Shown: positions 19,945 through 29,997 of the stretch, in pieces | Layout of the letters: every line of letters starts with the position of its first letter | Position numbering within the stretch: position 1 is the stretch's first letter | Origin: Trueperaceae bacterium | GTDB taxonomy: Bacteria > Deinococcota > Deinococci > Deinococcales > Trueperaceae | Reading direction: 5' to 3' | Assembly: GCA_965215565.1 (NCBI GenBank) | Contig: CBDCDZ010000004.1 | Coordinates: 2,112,001 to 2,176,000 of the forward strand | Length of the DNA stretch: 64,000 bases | Made by a program: the position numbers and the translations under genes | The notes under the pieces: generated by a model | The model's database searches: none | Told to the model about the DNA's origin: nothing | Seen by the model: only the letters and a program-made list of their open reading frames with translations

Positions 19945-20871
19945 CTAATTCGCTGTTCCTTGGGGCTCGTCGGGGATAGCCTCGAACGCTTCAGGCGGGT
20001 TCAGGAGCCGCCAGTTCCAACCCCCCTCGCGGCGCGGCGGCCAGATGACCGCTGTGGCCTGCCCTGCGATAGCGATGCTCTCGATGGGTCCGAAGTAGCG
20101 CGAGTCTTCGCTGCCGTTGGGCGAGCGGTTATCGCCCATGATGAAATAGTGACCCTCGGGGACGACGAGTTCGTGTAGGAAGGGTTCGCCTTCGGGAGCG
20201 TCGCTCGGAACAGGGGCGAGCGCGCTTACGGTGCCGCCATAGAAGAACTGCGTCGCGGGGTTGTCGACGGGCGCGGGCTCTAAACCGCCCAAGCCGCCCA
20301 AGCCGCCCTCGAACGTCCCGCCGACGAGACCTTGAAAGCCAGTTATCTCGCCGCCGTTCACCTCAACGACGGGGAAGTTTACGGGTTCGGGGCGAATCTC
20401 GCCGCTCTCGGTGATAAATCCTTGATCGAGCAGTTCGCCGTTGACGTAAACCTGCCCGTCTTGAATGTAGATGTGGTCTCCCGGCACGCCGATGACCCGC
20501 TTGATGAAGAAGCTGCGCCGCCCCGAGTTCTGCGAGTTGGGCGAGTTAGCGGGCTCGCGCACCACCACGATGTCGCCGCGCTCGTAGGGTCCCAAGATAC
20601 CCGCGCGGCGCAGCCAGGTGCCGTACTTGGGGATGAAGACCCTGTCACCCGTGAAGAGCGACTGGGGGAGCCTACCGCTGCCCCCGTCCAAATTTGGGCG
20701 CATCGACGAGCCCACCACGCCGACGGTTGTAAAGACGAACGTCACGATGAGAAACGCCACGACGAGCGCCTCGGCGTAGCCCCTCACTTCTGCCCAAAAG
20801 CGCTGCGAGGCGGTCTTTGGTGGCGGCTGTTCGCCAGACTGTTTAGAGGTTGCGGTAGCGTCAGTTGCCAT
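19945..20871 (-). CDS. lepB: Signal peptidase I
   Basis: GSSMRPNL, GDRV, FIKRVIGVPGD, GDNR..SEDSRYFG. Confidence 0.95.
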   Translation of the reverse strand: MATDATATSKQSGEQPPPKTASQRFWAEVRGYAEALVVAFLIVTFVFTTVGVVGSSMRPNLDGGSGRLPQSLFTGDRVFIPKYGTWLRRAGILGPYERGDIVVVREPANSPNSQNSGRRSFFIKRVIGVPGDHIYIQDGQVYVNGELLDQGFITESGEIRPEPVNFPVVEVNGGEITGFQGLVGGTFEGGLGGLGGLEPAPVDNPATQFFYGGTVSALAPVPSDAPEGEPFLHELVVPEGHYFIMGDNRSPNGSEDSRYFGPIESIAIAGQATAVIWPPRREGGWNWRLLNPPEAFEAIPDEPQGTAN

Positions 20872-21058
20872 AACGTGTAGTGTACCCTTTCGAGATGACG
20901 ACTCGTTTGGGCAGGGCTACGCGCGCACCTGTGAACAAATCATCAAAAAGCGCGGCGCGGTGGCGAAAATCAGCGCCGAGTTCATAGCTGGGTTCTCTTT
21001 TGCGGCGGAGAGTATTGCGGAGACTGTTGGTGTATTTTGCTCCTGCACATACCACGCC

Positions 21059-21985
21059 CTAGCGCAAACCCTTCACAGGAACAAAAAGGTCCTCCGGTAT
21101 CCCTTCGGGCGGCGTGTACGCCTCGATGACCTCTTGAGACAGGAGTCCGGCTTGCCCGAAAACGCGCATTGCCTCCCACTCGCCGAGCGCCACGATCTCG
21201 TCGAACGCCCAGAACGACTCGACGCGCACGTGCGGCATGGCGTGTTGGACGCGCACGTCGGCGGGGTGCATGTTGTACTGGATGTCGGTCAGAATGCTCT
21301 GCATGATGTCCGTGGAGCGCAAGACCATCTGCGCCATGAGGCTGCGGCGCTCGAGCTTGATCGTCGCCGTCATCCGCCGCCACCAATTCTCGTCCCCCAA
21401 GGGGTCAGAGAACGCGGCGCGGCGCGGCGCAGTGGCGTCGCTGGCGATGGAGCAGTTCGCGCCCAAAAAGGCGACGGCGTTCACCGGCAGGTTGTTCACA
21501 ATGCCGCCGTCCGCCAACATCCGCCCGTTGAAACTGACGGGCTCGAACGCGCCGGGATAGCAGCTAGACGCGCGCACCGCCGTGACCAAGTCGCCCTCTA
21601 GAATAAAGACTTCGTCGCCCGTTTCCACATCCGTCGTAGCCACCGCGAGCGGCTTTTTAAGCTCACCGAAGTCGGCGGGCAGGTGCAGCGCCAAGAGGTC
21701 ATGGAGCTTCTCGCCCTTGAGGAGCCCCGCTTGCATCGAGAAGTCCAAGAGGTGACGCCACGAGACCGACTTAGCCAAATCAAAAATTTCGTCGGCGCTG
21801 TAGCCGCTCGCGTAGAGCGCCCCTAAAATTGCGCCGATGGAGGTGCCCGCCACCACGTCCACGTGGATATTCGCCCGCTCCAACACACGCAGCGTGCCGA
21901 TGTGGGCAAAGCCCCTCGCGCCGCCGCCGCTCAGGATAAGCCCAACCTTGCGCTTGTTTTTGCCGGGACGTTCCGTCAACTCCAT
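21059..21985 (-). CDS. Patatin-like phospholipase
   Basis: GGGARG, GTSIG, DGG motifs. Confidence 0.93.
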   Translation of the reverse strand: MELTERPGKNKRKVGLILSGGGARGFAHIGTLRVLERANIHVDVVAGTSIGAILGALYASGYSADEIFDLAKSVSWRHLLDFSMQAGLLKGEKLHDLLALHLPADFGELKKPLAVATTDVETGDEVFILEGDLVTAVRASSCYPGAFEPVSFNGRMLADGGIVNNLPVNAVAFLGANCSIASDATAPRRAAFSDPLGDENWWRRMTATIKLERRSLMAQMVLRSTDIMQSILTDIQYNMHPADVRVQHAMPHVRVESFWAFDEIVALGEWEAMRVFGQAGLLSQEVIEAYTPPEGIPEDLFVPVKGLR

Positions 21986-22135
21986 ACCTGAGCATTTTAC
22001 CACCGCAAGATGAACTTTGGAGGTGCGGATGTGAACAGCGCGGGTCTCAGCTTGTCTCGGCATCTAGCGGGGTCACCAGCAGATGCTCCAACGAAGTCGC
22101 CGCTCAGCTAATCCGGGCGATTACACCACGCGCTA

Positions 22136-22293
22136 TATAGCAATTAACATAAGTACTGATTGGAATAGCGCAAGTCTCAGCCGCAGGCTAGCGGGATTTC
22201 ATTCTCAAATGTGCGTGCTGCTTACGAAGTTTTCGAAAGCGAAACGGTGTTCTACATCGTGAGAGCGTCTCAAACCAAATGATACTTGCTATA
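22136..22293 (+). repeat. MITE-like repeat copy carrying two hairpin insertions
   Basis: TA-TAGCAATTAACAT...ATGATACTTGCTA-TA. Matches the reverse complement of 52021-52133 except for two inserts of net 22 nt each. Confidence 0.88.
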
Positions 22294-22304
22294 CTCGTCA
22301 CCTG

Positions 22305-22859
22305 ATGATTCCCGGCGTTCCCGAACGAATAGAAACCGAGCGCCTCGTCATCCGCAAGCCGCGCCTAGAGGACGCGGAAGCCATCTACGCCTCCGTGCTC
22401 GAGTCGCTGCCCGAACTCTCGCCCTGGATGCCCTGGGCGACACCCGGATACTCGCTCCAAGGCTGCGAGGATAATACTCGTGAGGCTATCGCTCAGTTCA
22501 TGACCCGCCAGAACTTGCGCTACCACTTCCACGATAAGGCGACGGGCGAACACATCGGCAACAGCGGGCTGCACAGGATCGACTGGAACGTGCCCAAGTT
22601 CGAAATCGGCTACTGGTGCCGCACGTCAAAAAGCGGACACGGCTACGTCACGGAAGCCGTTCGGGCGCTGACGGCGCTCGCTCTGGAGGACTTCGGGGCG
22701 GCGAGGGTTGAAATTCAGTGCGACGACAAGAACGTGAAGAGCGCGCAGGTGGCGCAGAGATGTGGGTACGGGCTCGAGGGCGTGTTGAAGGGTTACTCGA
22801 GGGGTACGGACGGCTCTTTGCGCGACGCGCGCATTTACGCGGTGACGCAGGAGGTATAA
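22305..22859 (+). CDS. GNAT N-acetyltransferase (RimJ/RimL family)
   Basis: IETERLVIR, WMPW, EIGYW..GHGYVTEA, N.KS..VAQRCGY..EG. Confidence 0.92.
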   Translation: MIPGVPERIETERLVIRKPRLEDAEAIYASVLESLPELSPWMPWATPGYSLQGCEDNTREAIAQFMTRQNLRYHFHDKATGEHIGNSGLHRIDWNVPKFEIGYWCRTSKSGHGYVTEAVRALTALALEDFGAARVEIQCDDKNVKSAQVAQRCGYGLEGVLKGYSRGTDGSLRDARIYAVTQEV

Positions 22860-22971
22860 AGCAATTAACATAAACACTGAGCTTGAATCACGCAAGTATC
22901 ATTCCTTAAAGTGCGTGCTAAACCGCGTTCTTTCTTCTCAGACTGGCTCAAACCAAATGATACTTGCTATA
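22858..22971 (+). repeat. ~110-bp MITE-like repeat copy
   Basis: AGCAATTAACAT..CGCAAGTATCATT..CAAACCAAATGATACTTGCTATA. Confidence 0.85.
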
Positions 22972-22976
22972 GAAAC

Positions 22977-23008
22977 AAAAAAAAGGACGCACCCGTAGCG
23001 CGTCCTTC
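22977..23008 (-). terminator. Intrinsic terminator of htrA
   Basis: Plus-strand A-run + AAGGACGC..GCGTCCTT. Confidence 0.75.
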
Positions 23009-23031
23009 TCCTCTGCAGTGCTGACTGGAGC

Positions 23032-24789
23032 CTAGTTGCTACCCTGACCTTCAGGCGCGGCGAGCGTCACCTGGACGGTCTGCTCTTCGCCGTCACGTAG
23101 GATTCTCAAGTCGATAGTGTCGCCTGCTTGCTGGCTCGAAATGACTTGCTGAAGCTCCTGCGGCGTCGTGACCTCTTGTCCATTGACTCCAAGGATGATG
23201 TCGCCACCTACGGGCACTGCTTCACCGTCTATATCCACAGTGAATTCGCCTACTTGAAGCCCAGCTTGTTCGGCGGGGCTGCCCGGCTGCACGGCTGTTA
23301 CGGCGACGCCCTGAGCGGGCAAACTTAGACTTTCACGCACCCCTTCCGGGTAGTTTTGCACGTCGAAGATGCCGACGCCTAAACGTGGCCCGGAGGGCGC
23401 TTGAGCGGTGCCGCCTGTATCCTCTTGCGGCGCTTGCGCTTGCTGCTCCTGCGGCACCACGGAGAGCGTGACGGGCACGGTCCTCTTTTCGCCATTGCGC
23501 CAGATGCGTAACTCGACGGTATCGCCCTCCTCTTGCGCGAAGATGCGCTGCTGGAGTTCGCGCGTGCTCGTGACCTCTTGACCGTTCACCGCGAGGATAA
23601 CGTCGCCGCCCACCGGGATGGGCTGACCGTTCACGTTGATTTCGAACTGACCACCCTGTAGCCCGGCTCTTTCTGCTGCACTACCCGGCGCGAGTTCCAG
23701 GAGCGCCACGCCCTCGTCGGGCAAGTTCAGCTCCTGGCGGACGCTCTCGGGGAAGGACTCCACGTCCGCGATGCGTGCGCCGAGCCTCGCCCGCGTCGAG
23801 AGGTCTATGACGCCGCCCGCTTCCAGCCCCTCTAAGCTGCTCTGCAAGAGGTTGCTAGGGACCGCGAAACCGATGCCAATGTTGCCCCGCTGTCCTAAAC
23901 CACCACCTTGTCCAGGAATGATCGCGGTGTTTACGCCGATGAGTTCGCCTCTCGAGTTCAGCAGCGGACCGCCCGAGTTGCCGGGGTTAATAGCCGCGTC
24001 GGTCTGAACCAGAGGGATGTCTACCCCCGCCTCACCGACGCCCGGTAAGCTGCGCCCTACGCCCGAGACGATACCGATGGACACGGACGAGTTGAACCCG
24101 AAGGGGTTGCCGATGGCGATACTTTTTTGACCGATACTCAGTTCGTCCGAGTTTGCAAAGGGGATCGGCAGAACGTTCGCGACGCTCTCGGGCAGTTCGT
24201 CTGAGTTTTGCAGTTCCAGAAGTGCAAGGTCATAGAGCGCGTTTGCGCCCACAACCCGCACCGGGTACTCCTCATCGTTGCTGGGGAAGGTCACGGTGAC
24301 TTCGGAGCCTTCCGTCAGGTCTACACTGCCCTCTTGCAAGGCGGCGCGGATCACGTGATAGTTCGTGATGATGCGCCCCTGCTCGTCGATCACGAACCCG
24401 CTGCCCGCGCCCTCGACGGGCTGTTGGGGCTGCTGTCCTTGACCTGGTTGCCCCGGCTGCCCTGGAAGCTGGTCAAAGAACTCGCGGAACTGTGGGGGAA
24501 GCTGCTCTAAAAAGTCGTCGGGCAAGTTCTCGGGCAGCGAAGGGTTCGTCACCTGCTGACCCTGCGCGGTCACGTTGACCGAGACAACGCTTGGACCGTA
24601 CTCCTCGACGACGCTGATGGTATTTTGCTCATACGCTAGAAGCCCTTCGGCGTCGCTCTGCGCTTGCGCGCTCGTCTGCCCGCCGGTCTGCTCTTGCGCG
24701 CTCACCGCGTTCGTGCTGACGACGCCAAACGCGCCGAAGCCTAAAAGCGCCGTCACGCCTAGCGAAAGAAATGTTCGTCTTGCGTTCAT
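23032..24789 (-). CDS. htrA: HtrA/DegP serine protease with two PDZ domains
   Basis: RR-containing signal peptide, GSGFVI..TNYHVI, DLALL, QTDAAINPGNSGGPL, two PDZ repeats. Confidence 0.95.
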   Translation of the reverse strand: MNARRTFLSLGVTALLGFGAFGVVSTNAVSAQEQTGGQTSAQAQSDAEGLLAYEQNTISVVEEYGPSVVSVNVTAQGQQVTNPSLPENLPDDFLEQLPPQFREFFDQLPGQPGQPGQGQQPQQPVEGAGSGFVIDEQGRIITNYHVIRAALQEGSVDLTEGSEVTVTFPSNDEEYPVRVVGANALYDLALLELQNSDELPESVANVLPIPFANSDELSIGQKSIAIGNPFGFNSSVSIGIVSGVGRSLPGVGEAGVDIPLVQTDAAINPGNSGGPLLNSRGELIGVNTAIIPGQGGGLGQRGNIGIGFAVPSNLLQSSLEGLEAGGVIDLSTRARLGARIADVESFPESVRQELNLPDEGVALLELAPGSAAERAGLQGGQFEINVNGQPIPVGGDVILAVNGQEVTSTRELQQRIFAQEEGDTVELRIWRNGEKRTVPVTLSVVPQEQQAQAPQEDTGGTAQAPSGPRLGVGIFDVQNYPEGVRESLSLPAQGVAVTAVQPGSPAEQAGLQVGEFTVDIDGEAVPVGGDIILGVNGQEVTTPQELQQVISSQQAGDTIDLRILRDGEEQTVQVTLAAPEGQGSN

Positions 24790-25157
24790 CTCATCACTCC
24801 TCTTAGATTGTTCTATTTAGGGATAGCCCTGCAATCTTAAAATTAAGCGTACCCACCCGCTATGAGTCTCTCTCATGAAGGGCGTGAAGTCTGTGAGGCA
24901 GGGCAACGTTCCGCCTTAACCTCGGCTTCATGGTGTCAAATGCGCGACACAATAAGGGCGCTCGCGGCGCTCTTTTAGTGACCAAACAGCTAGAAACGCG
25001 CGCCTTGTTTAGACGACCGTGTCAATCTTTCGTCCCCACAGTGAGACCCTAAACTTCCGACCGAGCAAAAACGCATTACCGCCGTACAATCGGCTGAGGA
25101 CACCGCCGACTTCTACCATCCTCGAGACCAAGCCTCCGAAGAGAACCTGCGCGTGCG

Positions 25158-25550
25158 CTACTCTCCTTCTCGCATCTCCCTCTCTTCCACTTCCCTCTGT
25201 CGCATTGGCATCGCGTCAATCACTGCAAAGAGGTCAGCGGGCTGTATGGGCTCCTCCAAACGCTCTTTCGCCGCGCCGTCCTTACCGATCAAAAGAACGA
25301 TAAAGTCATCTTCGGCGACGCCGTAGCGTTCGCGTAACGAGGTTACGTCTTCGGCAGACAGCGCTTTATCCTCCATATATCCTTCTTCTTGAAAGAGGTA
25401 AGAAACAATGAGGTCACGCTCTCGCAGCTCAGCCTCTTGACCCTCAAAAAGCTGCCGCTGCGCCCTTACCTCTTCATGCTCTGGTAAAGGCGCAAAGACG
25501 AGCAACAAACGGTTTTGCCACTGGTAATTGCCAAAGTCAACTTGAGCCAT
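25158..25550 (-). CDS. DUF4174-like protein
   Basis: WQNRLLLVFAP..ERDL..LIGKDG..K..IDAMPMRQRE. Confidence 0.8.
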   Translation of the reverse strand: MAQVDFGNYQWQNRLLLVFAPLPEHEEVRAQRQLFEGQEAELRERDLIVSYLFQEEGYMEDKALSAEDVTSLRERYGVAEDDFIVLLIGKDGAAKERLEEPIQPADLFAVIDAMPMRQREVEEREMREGE

Positions 25551-25601
25551 AACCCCTCCTGTCAGTAAGAATAGAGCCCTCAGGAGGGGCGTGAAAAGTG
25601 C

Positions 25602-26549
25602 CTACACTTCTGCTGACGTGGATATGTTGTCCGGGTCGCTCTTGCGCCTGAGCGATTCCGCCTCGATAAAGATGCGCTTAATCTGCGGATACTCCTCACG
25701 GATGCGCTTTTCTAGTCTATCGATAGACGTCTCCACCTCTTCGGCGGAGAGGTTATTTTTGAAATCGACCTCGAGCGTCAGCAAAACCTCTCTGGGCGCA
25801 AGGTACATCGTCAGAGGCGGCGCAACGTCTTCAACGGCTTCGTCTTGCCTGCCAATTTCTTGAATACCTCTTACGACTTTGAGGTCCGCGCTTTCGCCTA
25901 TCAAAAGCCCTTTGCTCTCGTAGGCTAGAAAGACCGCCACCGCCGCTAGAATGAAGCCGATGATAATCGAGGCGATACCGTCGAACGCAGGGTTGTCGAA
26001 GCGGTGACCGAGATAGACACCGAAAAACGCGACGATAAGCCCGAGCATCGCGGCTGTGTCCTCACCTAAGACGATAAAGACTGCCGGGTCTTTGCTCTCG
26101 CGCAAGGCTTGCCAGAGGGAACGCTCGCCCTGTGACTTGAGGAGTTCTTTAAGCGCGAGCCACCAAGCGACAGATTCGACGACTAACGCGATGCCCAAAA
26201 CCCAGTAGTTCCAAGTGGGGTCACCGAGTTCGGACGGATGCCTGAAATGCCTTATTCCCTCGTACATCGACATGCCGCCGCCGATGCCGAAGAGCAGCAT
26301 GGCGACGATGAGGCTCCAGAAGTAGAGTTCTTTACCGTAGCCGAACGGGTGGCGCTCGTCGGCAGGTGTTTTGCTGCGTTTAATGCCGAACAAGATGAGG
26401 AGTTGGTTGCCCGTGTCCACAACGGAGTGGATGCCCTCGGCTGCCATCGCCGACGAGCCCGTAAAGCCTGCAGCGACGAACTTGGTGATGGCGATGATGC
26501 CGTTGGCGGCTGCCGCCCCGTAAACGGCAATCGGTTTCTCTCCAGCCAT
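25602..26549 (-). CDS. Cation diffusion facilitator transporter
   Basis: HSVVD (HxxxD), HPFGYGKE, EDTAA, C-terminal dimerisation domain. Confidence 0.93.
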   Translation of the reverse strand: MAGEKPIAVYGAAAANGIIAITKFVAAGFTGSSAMAAEGIHSVVDTGNQLLILFGIKRSKTPADERHPFGYGKELYFWSLIVAMLLFGIGGGMSMYEGIRHFRHPSELGDPTWNYWVLGIALVVESVAWWLALKELLKSQGERSLWQALRESKDPAVFIVLGEDTAAMLGLIVAFFGVYLGHRFDNPAFDGIASIIIGFILAAVAVFLAYESKGLLIGESADLKVVRGIQEIGRQDEAVEDVAPPLTMYLAPREVLLTLEVDFKNNLSAEEVETSIDRLEKRIREEYPQIKRIFIEAESLRRKSDPDNISTSAEV

Positions 26550-26636
26550 GATGACCCCTTTGGTATCCCTAAATTTTGTTACAGCTTAACGCGGTGCTGA
26601 CTGAGTGGCTTTGAGCGGTTAGCTTTTAGCTAACGG

Positions 26637-27605
26637 CTATTCTAAGTTCTTCCGCTTGCGCGACTCCACCTCGACAAAGATGTGCTTCATCTCGGGGTAC
26701 TCCTCTCGGATTTTACGCTCGAGCCTGTCTATCGCCCGCTCCGCCTCATCCGCGGAAAAGGATGATTCGAAGTCTACCTCGAGCGTCAGCAAAACCTCTT
26801 TGGGCGCTAAGTGCATGGTGAAAGGCGGGTTGAAGCGTTTGATGGAATCATCTGACCTGAGAATCTCTTTAAGCCCGTCGATGGTTTCTTGGTCTGCGCC
26901 TTCGCCCACTAGAAGTTTCTTGCTTTCGTACACCAGGAAGACCGCGACGGTTCCCAACACCACGCCGATGAGAATCGTTGCCACCCCGTCGATAATGGGG
27001 TTCTCCAATACGTGACCGAGCCCAACGCCGAGCGCGGCTAAGGCGATGCCGATGAGCGCCGCTGAGTCCTCCGCCACCACCACGAATACCGCCGGGTTCT
27101 TGCTCTTCTCCATCGCTTCCCAGAAGCCCCTGTCTGGATTCTCCTTACGCAGCTCTCTAAGCGCGGTGAGGAGAGAAAACCCTTCAGCGAAAAAGGCGAT
27201 CGAGAGGACGAAGGCGGTGGCTTTGATGTCGCCGATGGGATGGGGTTCTAAGATGTGTTTGACGCCTTCGTAGATAGAAATCCCTGCACCGAGCCCGAAG
27301 AGGAGCACGGAGACGATGAGGCTCCAGAAATAAAGCTCTTTCCCGTAGCCGAAGGGGTGACGTTCATCAGCGGGCTTTTTACTGCGGCGGATGCCCAAGA
27401 GGAGCAGGAGTTGGTTTCCTGTATCCACCAGCGAGTGAATCGCTTCGGCGATCATCGCCGAGCTGCCAGAGATTGCGGCGGCGACAAACTTGGCAATGGC
27501 GATGGTCAGGTTCGCCGCTATCGCGGCGAGAACAGCAACCGGGCTTTCCGACTCGGTCTCGGGTTCTTCTTGCACGTCGGCGGACTCGGTGTCAGCGTCG
27601 GACAT
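26637..27605 (-). CDS. Cation diffusion facilitator transporter (tandem paralog)
   Basis: HSLVD, HPFGYGKELYFWS, EDSAA; closely similar to the adjacent CDF. Confidence 0.93.
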   Translation of the reverse strand: MSDADTESADVQEEPETESESPVAVLAAIAANLTIAIAKFVAAAISGSSAMIAEAIHSLVDTGNQLLLLLGIRRSKKPADERHPFGYGKELYFWSLIVSVLLFGLGAGISIYEGVKHILEPHPIGDIKATAFVLSIAFFAEGFSLLTALRELRKENPDRGFWEAMEKSKNPAVFVVVAEDSAALIGIALAALGVGLGHVLENPIIDGVATILIGVVLGTVAVFLVYESKKLLVGEGADQETIDGLKEILRSDDSIKRFNPPFTMHLAPKEVLLTLEVDFESSFSADEAERAIDRLERKIREEYPEMKHIFVEVESRKRKNLE

Positions 27606-27770
27606 AGCAACCTCCTCTATAGCGTTTCTCCACAGCATCCTTGCCCCTGTTGCTGTCATGGCTGGACCACTTGTAACCTCAGATTACAAAGGACGGCGGG
27701 GTAACTTTGGCGCGCAGGGCGCATTGTCGTGGCAACTTCTGCGTGCAGCCGCGCGTTAGAATGAAGCGGT

Positions 27771-28610
27771 ATGGAATCTCGGCAAACGCTCAAGCAGCGT
27801 CTAGGCGACATCATCTTCGAGCACGACAAGCCGCCCGACAAGCTCTTCGACATCGTCATTCTCGTGCTGATCGTGCTGAGTATCATCCTAGTGATGTTGG
27901 AGAGCGTCCCCTGGATTCGTGGAGCGTACGGCGGCGCGCTGCGCGTCGCTGAGTGGGTTTTCACGGTCCTCTTCACCGCCGAATACGCGCTTCGCGTCTA
28001 CACCGCGCGCAAGCGACTGCGCTACATCACGAGTTTTTTCGGCGTGGTGGACCTCTTAGCGATACTTCCCGGTTACTTGAGCCTCTTCCTCTTCGGCTCG
28101 CAGTACCTCATCGTGGTGCGCTCCTTGCGGCTTTTGCGTATCTTTCGCATCCTCAAACTGGCGCGGTTTCTGGGCGAGGCGAGCGTGCTGCGGCGGGCGC
28201 TCCGTGCTAGCACGCCGAAAATCATCGTGTTTTTAGGCACCGTCGTGACGATTGTGATGATTATCGGGGCGCTCATGTACGTGGTTGAAGGCGCGGAGAA
28301 CGGCTTTACCAGCATCCCTAAGAGCATCTACTGGGCGATCGTCACGCTGACAACCGTAGGCTACGGCGACATCTCGCCGCAGACGCCCCTCGGACAGACC
28401 CTCTCGGCGGTTGTCATGATCATCGGTTATGGGATCATCGCGGTGCCGACGGGCATCGTGACCTCAGAAATCTCCAAAGTGGATAAGGGGGGAGGGCAAG
28501 CGGCGATGTGCCCCGAGTGCGGACACACCAAACACGACGACGACGCGGCGCATTGCAAATACTGTGGGACGGGGCTCGAGGCGCAACAGAAAGCAGAAAC
28601 CGCTCAGTGA
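27771..28610 (+). CDS. 6-TM potassium channel with C-terminal zinc ribbon
   Basis: S4 segment RSLRLLRIFRILK, pore TTVGYGD, CPECG..CKYCG. Confidence 0.93.
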   Translation: MESRQTLKQRLGDIIFEHDKPPDKLFDIVILVLIVLSIILVMLESVPWIRGAYGGALRVAEWVFTVLFTAEYALRVYTARKRLRYITSFFGVVDLLAILPGYLSLFLFGSQYLIVVRSLRLLRIFRILKLARFLGEASVLRRALRASTPKIIVFLGTVVTIVMIIGALMYVVEGAENGFTSIPKSIYWAIVTLTTVGYGDISPQTPLGQTLSAVVMIIGYGIIAVPTGIVTSEISKVDKGGGQAAMCPECGHTKHDDDAAHCKYCGTGLEAQQKAETAQ

Positions 28611-29365
28611 ACCTTGTGCGGCAACCACGCGAGCACGTCCAAACGTTTGGAGAAGTGTAGAAGGGGTGGCTCGTCGGGTAGTCTGACGCCTATCTGCGTC
28701 GTCATCGCGCTAAAGTCAGTTTCCAACTCAACCTCGGCACGCTGCAACGGCCACATCTCATGATGAATCTCACCGCGCCGCACCTCTCCTTTGCGGTTGG
28801 CACTGTAGAGGCAGTAGCGCTCAGTTAGGAAATGGGTAAGGTCATCGGGCTCCGCCTTTTTCGCCATCGGCTTATAAAGTCCTACAAAATTTGCCTCTTT
28901 CGCGCCCTTGTGGGTTCGCACGCTCTTGTAGTAAACCGTCTCCCCTTTCACCTCACAGGACATGTCCGCGTCGTAATACGGCAGGTTGAAAGTTGCCCTG
29001 GCGAGCCGCACGGCGACAGGGTTGTGCGCGTCCAGGCTGAAAAACCACACGCCGGGTCTACGCTTTTGGTCTCGAGACGTCACATAGGTTCGCAGATTCA
29101 ACTCAGGAAAGTTCGACAGCCAGGGCACGCTCGGCAAATAGTGCGGGCGGACGTTACGCATATCGAAGGGAACGACGCCCAGCCACGCACTGCCGTTAGA
29201 GGTATCTAGCTCGAGCCCCTCTGGTATCAAATGACGCAGTGAACTTGCAGGCACAGGCCAGTGCATAAACAAGAGGTCGTGCCACTCCATCGAGAGCGCC
29301 CAGGGGTTGGACTCGAGGGGATAAGGGCGGTGGGCGGTGTGCTCGAGGAGGGAGGATACGGACAT
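28604..29365 (-). CDS. YqjF/DUF2071 family protein
   Basis: W.DLLFMHW, FPELNLRTYV, GVWFFSLDA, FLTERY, IHH..WPL. Confidence 0.88.
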   Translation of the reverse strand: MSVSSLLEHTAHRPYPLESNPWALSMEWHDLLFMHWPVPASSLRHLIPEGLELDTSNGSAWLGVVPFDMRNVRPHYLPSVPWLSNFPELNLRTYVTSRDQKRRPGVWFFSLDAHNPVAVRLARATFNLPYYDADMSCEVKGETVYYKSVRTHKGAKEANFVGLYKPMAKKAEPDDLTHFLTERYCLYSANRKGEVRRGEIHHEMWPLQRAEVELETDFSAMTTQIGVRLPDEPPLLHFSKRLDVLAWLPHKVH

Positions 29366-29397
29366 TTGTCTAGTTTAAGAGGTCGCTCAAAGCGTCT

Positions 29398-29997
29398 CTA
29401 GGGGCTAGCTTGCAGCTCTTTCACGGGTTCATAGCGAAAACAATTCGTCACGTGGTCGTTGACCATCCCCACCGCCTGCATGTAAGCGTACATAATGGTG
29501 GAGCCAACAAACTTAAAGCCGCGCTTCTTGAGGTCTTGACTCAAAGCGTCGGACTCAGGCGTCGTCGCGGGAACCTCTTCTAAACTTCGCCACGCATTGA
29601 CAAGGGGTTGACCCTTCACAAACGGCCAGAGGTAAGCGTCAAAACTACCGAATTCCTCTTGAATCTTTAGAAAATGCTGCGCGTTGGTGACAGTTGAATT
29701 GACCTTTAGCTTGTTGCGGACGATACCTCTATTCTCGAGCAGTTCAGCAACCTTAGCCTCGCTATAATTCGCTACCTTTTGGGCGTCGAAGTGGTCAAAC
29801 GCCTCGCGGTACGCCGCGCGCTTTTTGAGGATGGTCAGCCAGGACAAGCCGGCTTGGGCACCCTCCAACACCAAAAACTCGAAGAGCGTCCGGTCACCAA
29901 AGACGGGGACGCCCCATTCGGTGTCGTGGTACTCGAGATAGAGCGGGTTGTCCGTCACCCAAGCGCAGCGCGTCGGCTCATTCGTCCTCATCATCAT
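29398..29997 (-). CDS. tag: DNA-3-methyladenine glycosylase I
   Basis: RCAW..YHDTEWG, LEGAQAGLSW, IVRNKLK, GFKFVG, NDH...C. Confidence 0.96.
   Translation of the reverse strand: MMMRTNEPTRCAWVTDNPLYLEYHDTEWGVPVFGDRTLFEFLVLEGAQAGLSWLTILKKRAAYREAFDHFDAQKVANYSEAKVAELLENRGIVRNKLKVNSTVTNAQHFLKIQEEFGSFDAYLWPFVKGQPLVNAWRSLEEVPATTPESDALSQDLKKRGFKFVGSTIMYAYMQAVGMVNDHVTNCFRYEPVKELQASP

Noticed and set aside
22136..22971. Integron cassette with attC sites around the GNAT gene
   Set aside because: The repeats lack RYYYAAC/GTTRRRY ends, occur in both orientations across the window, and no integrase is present.
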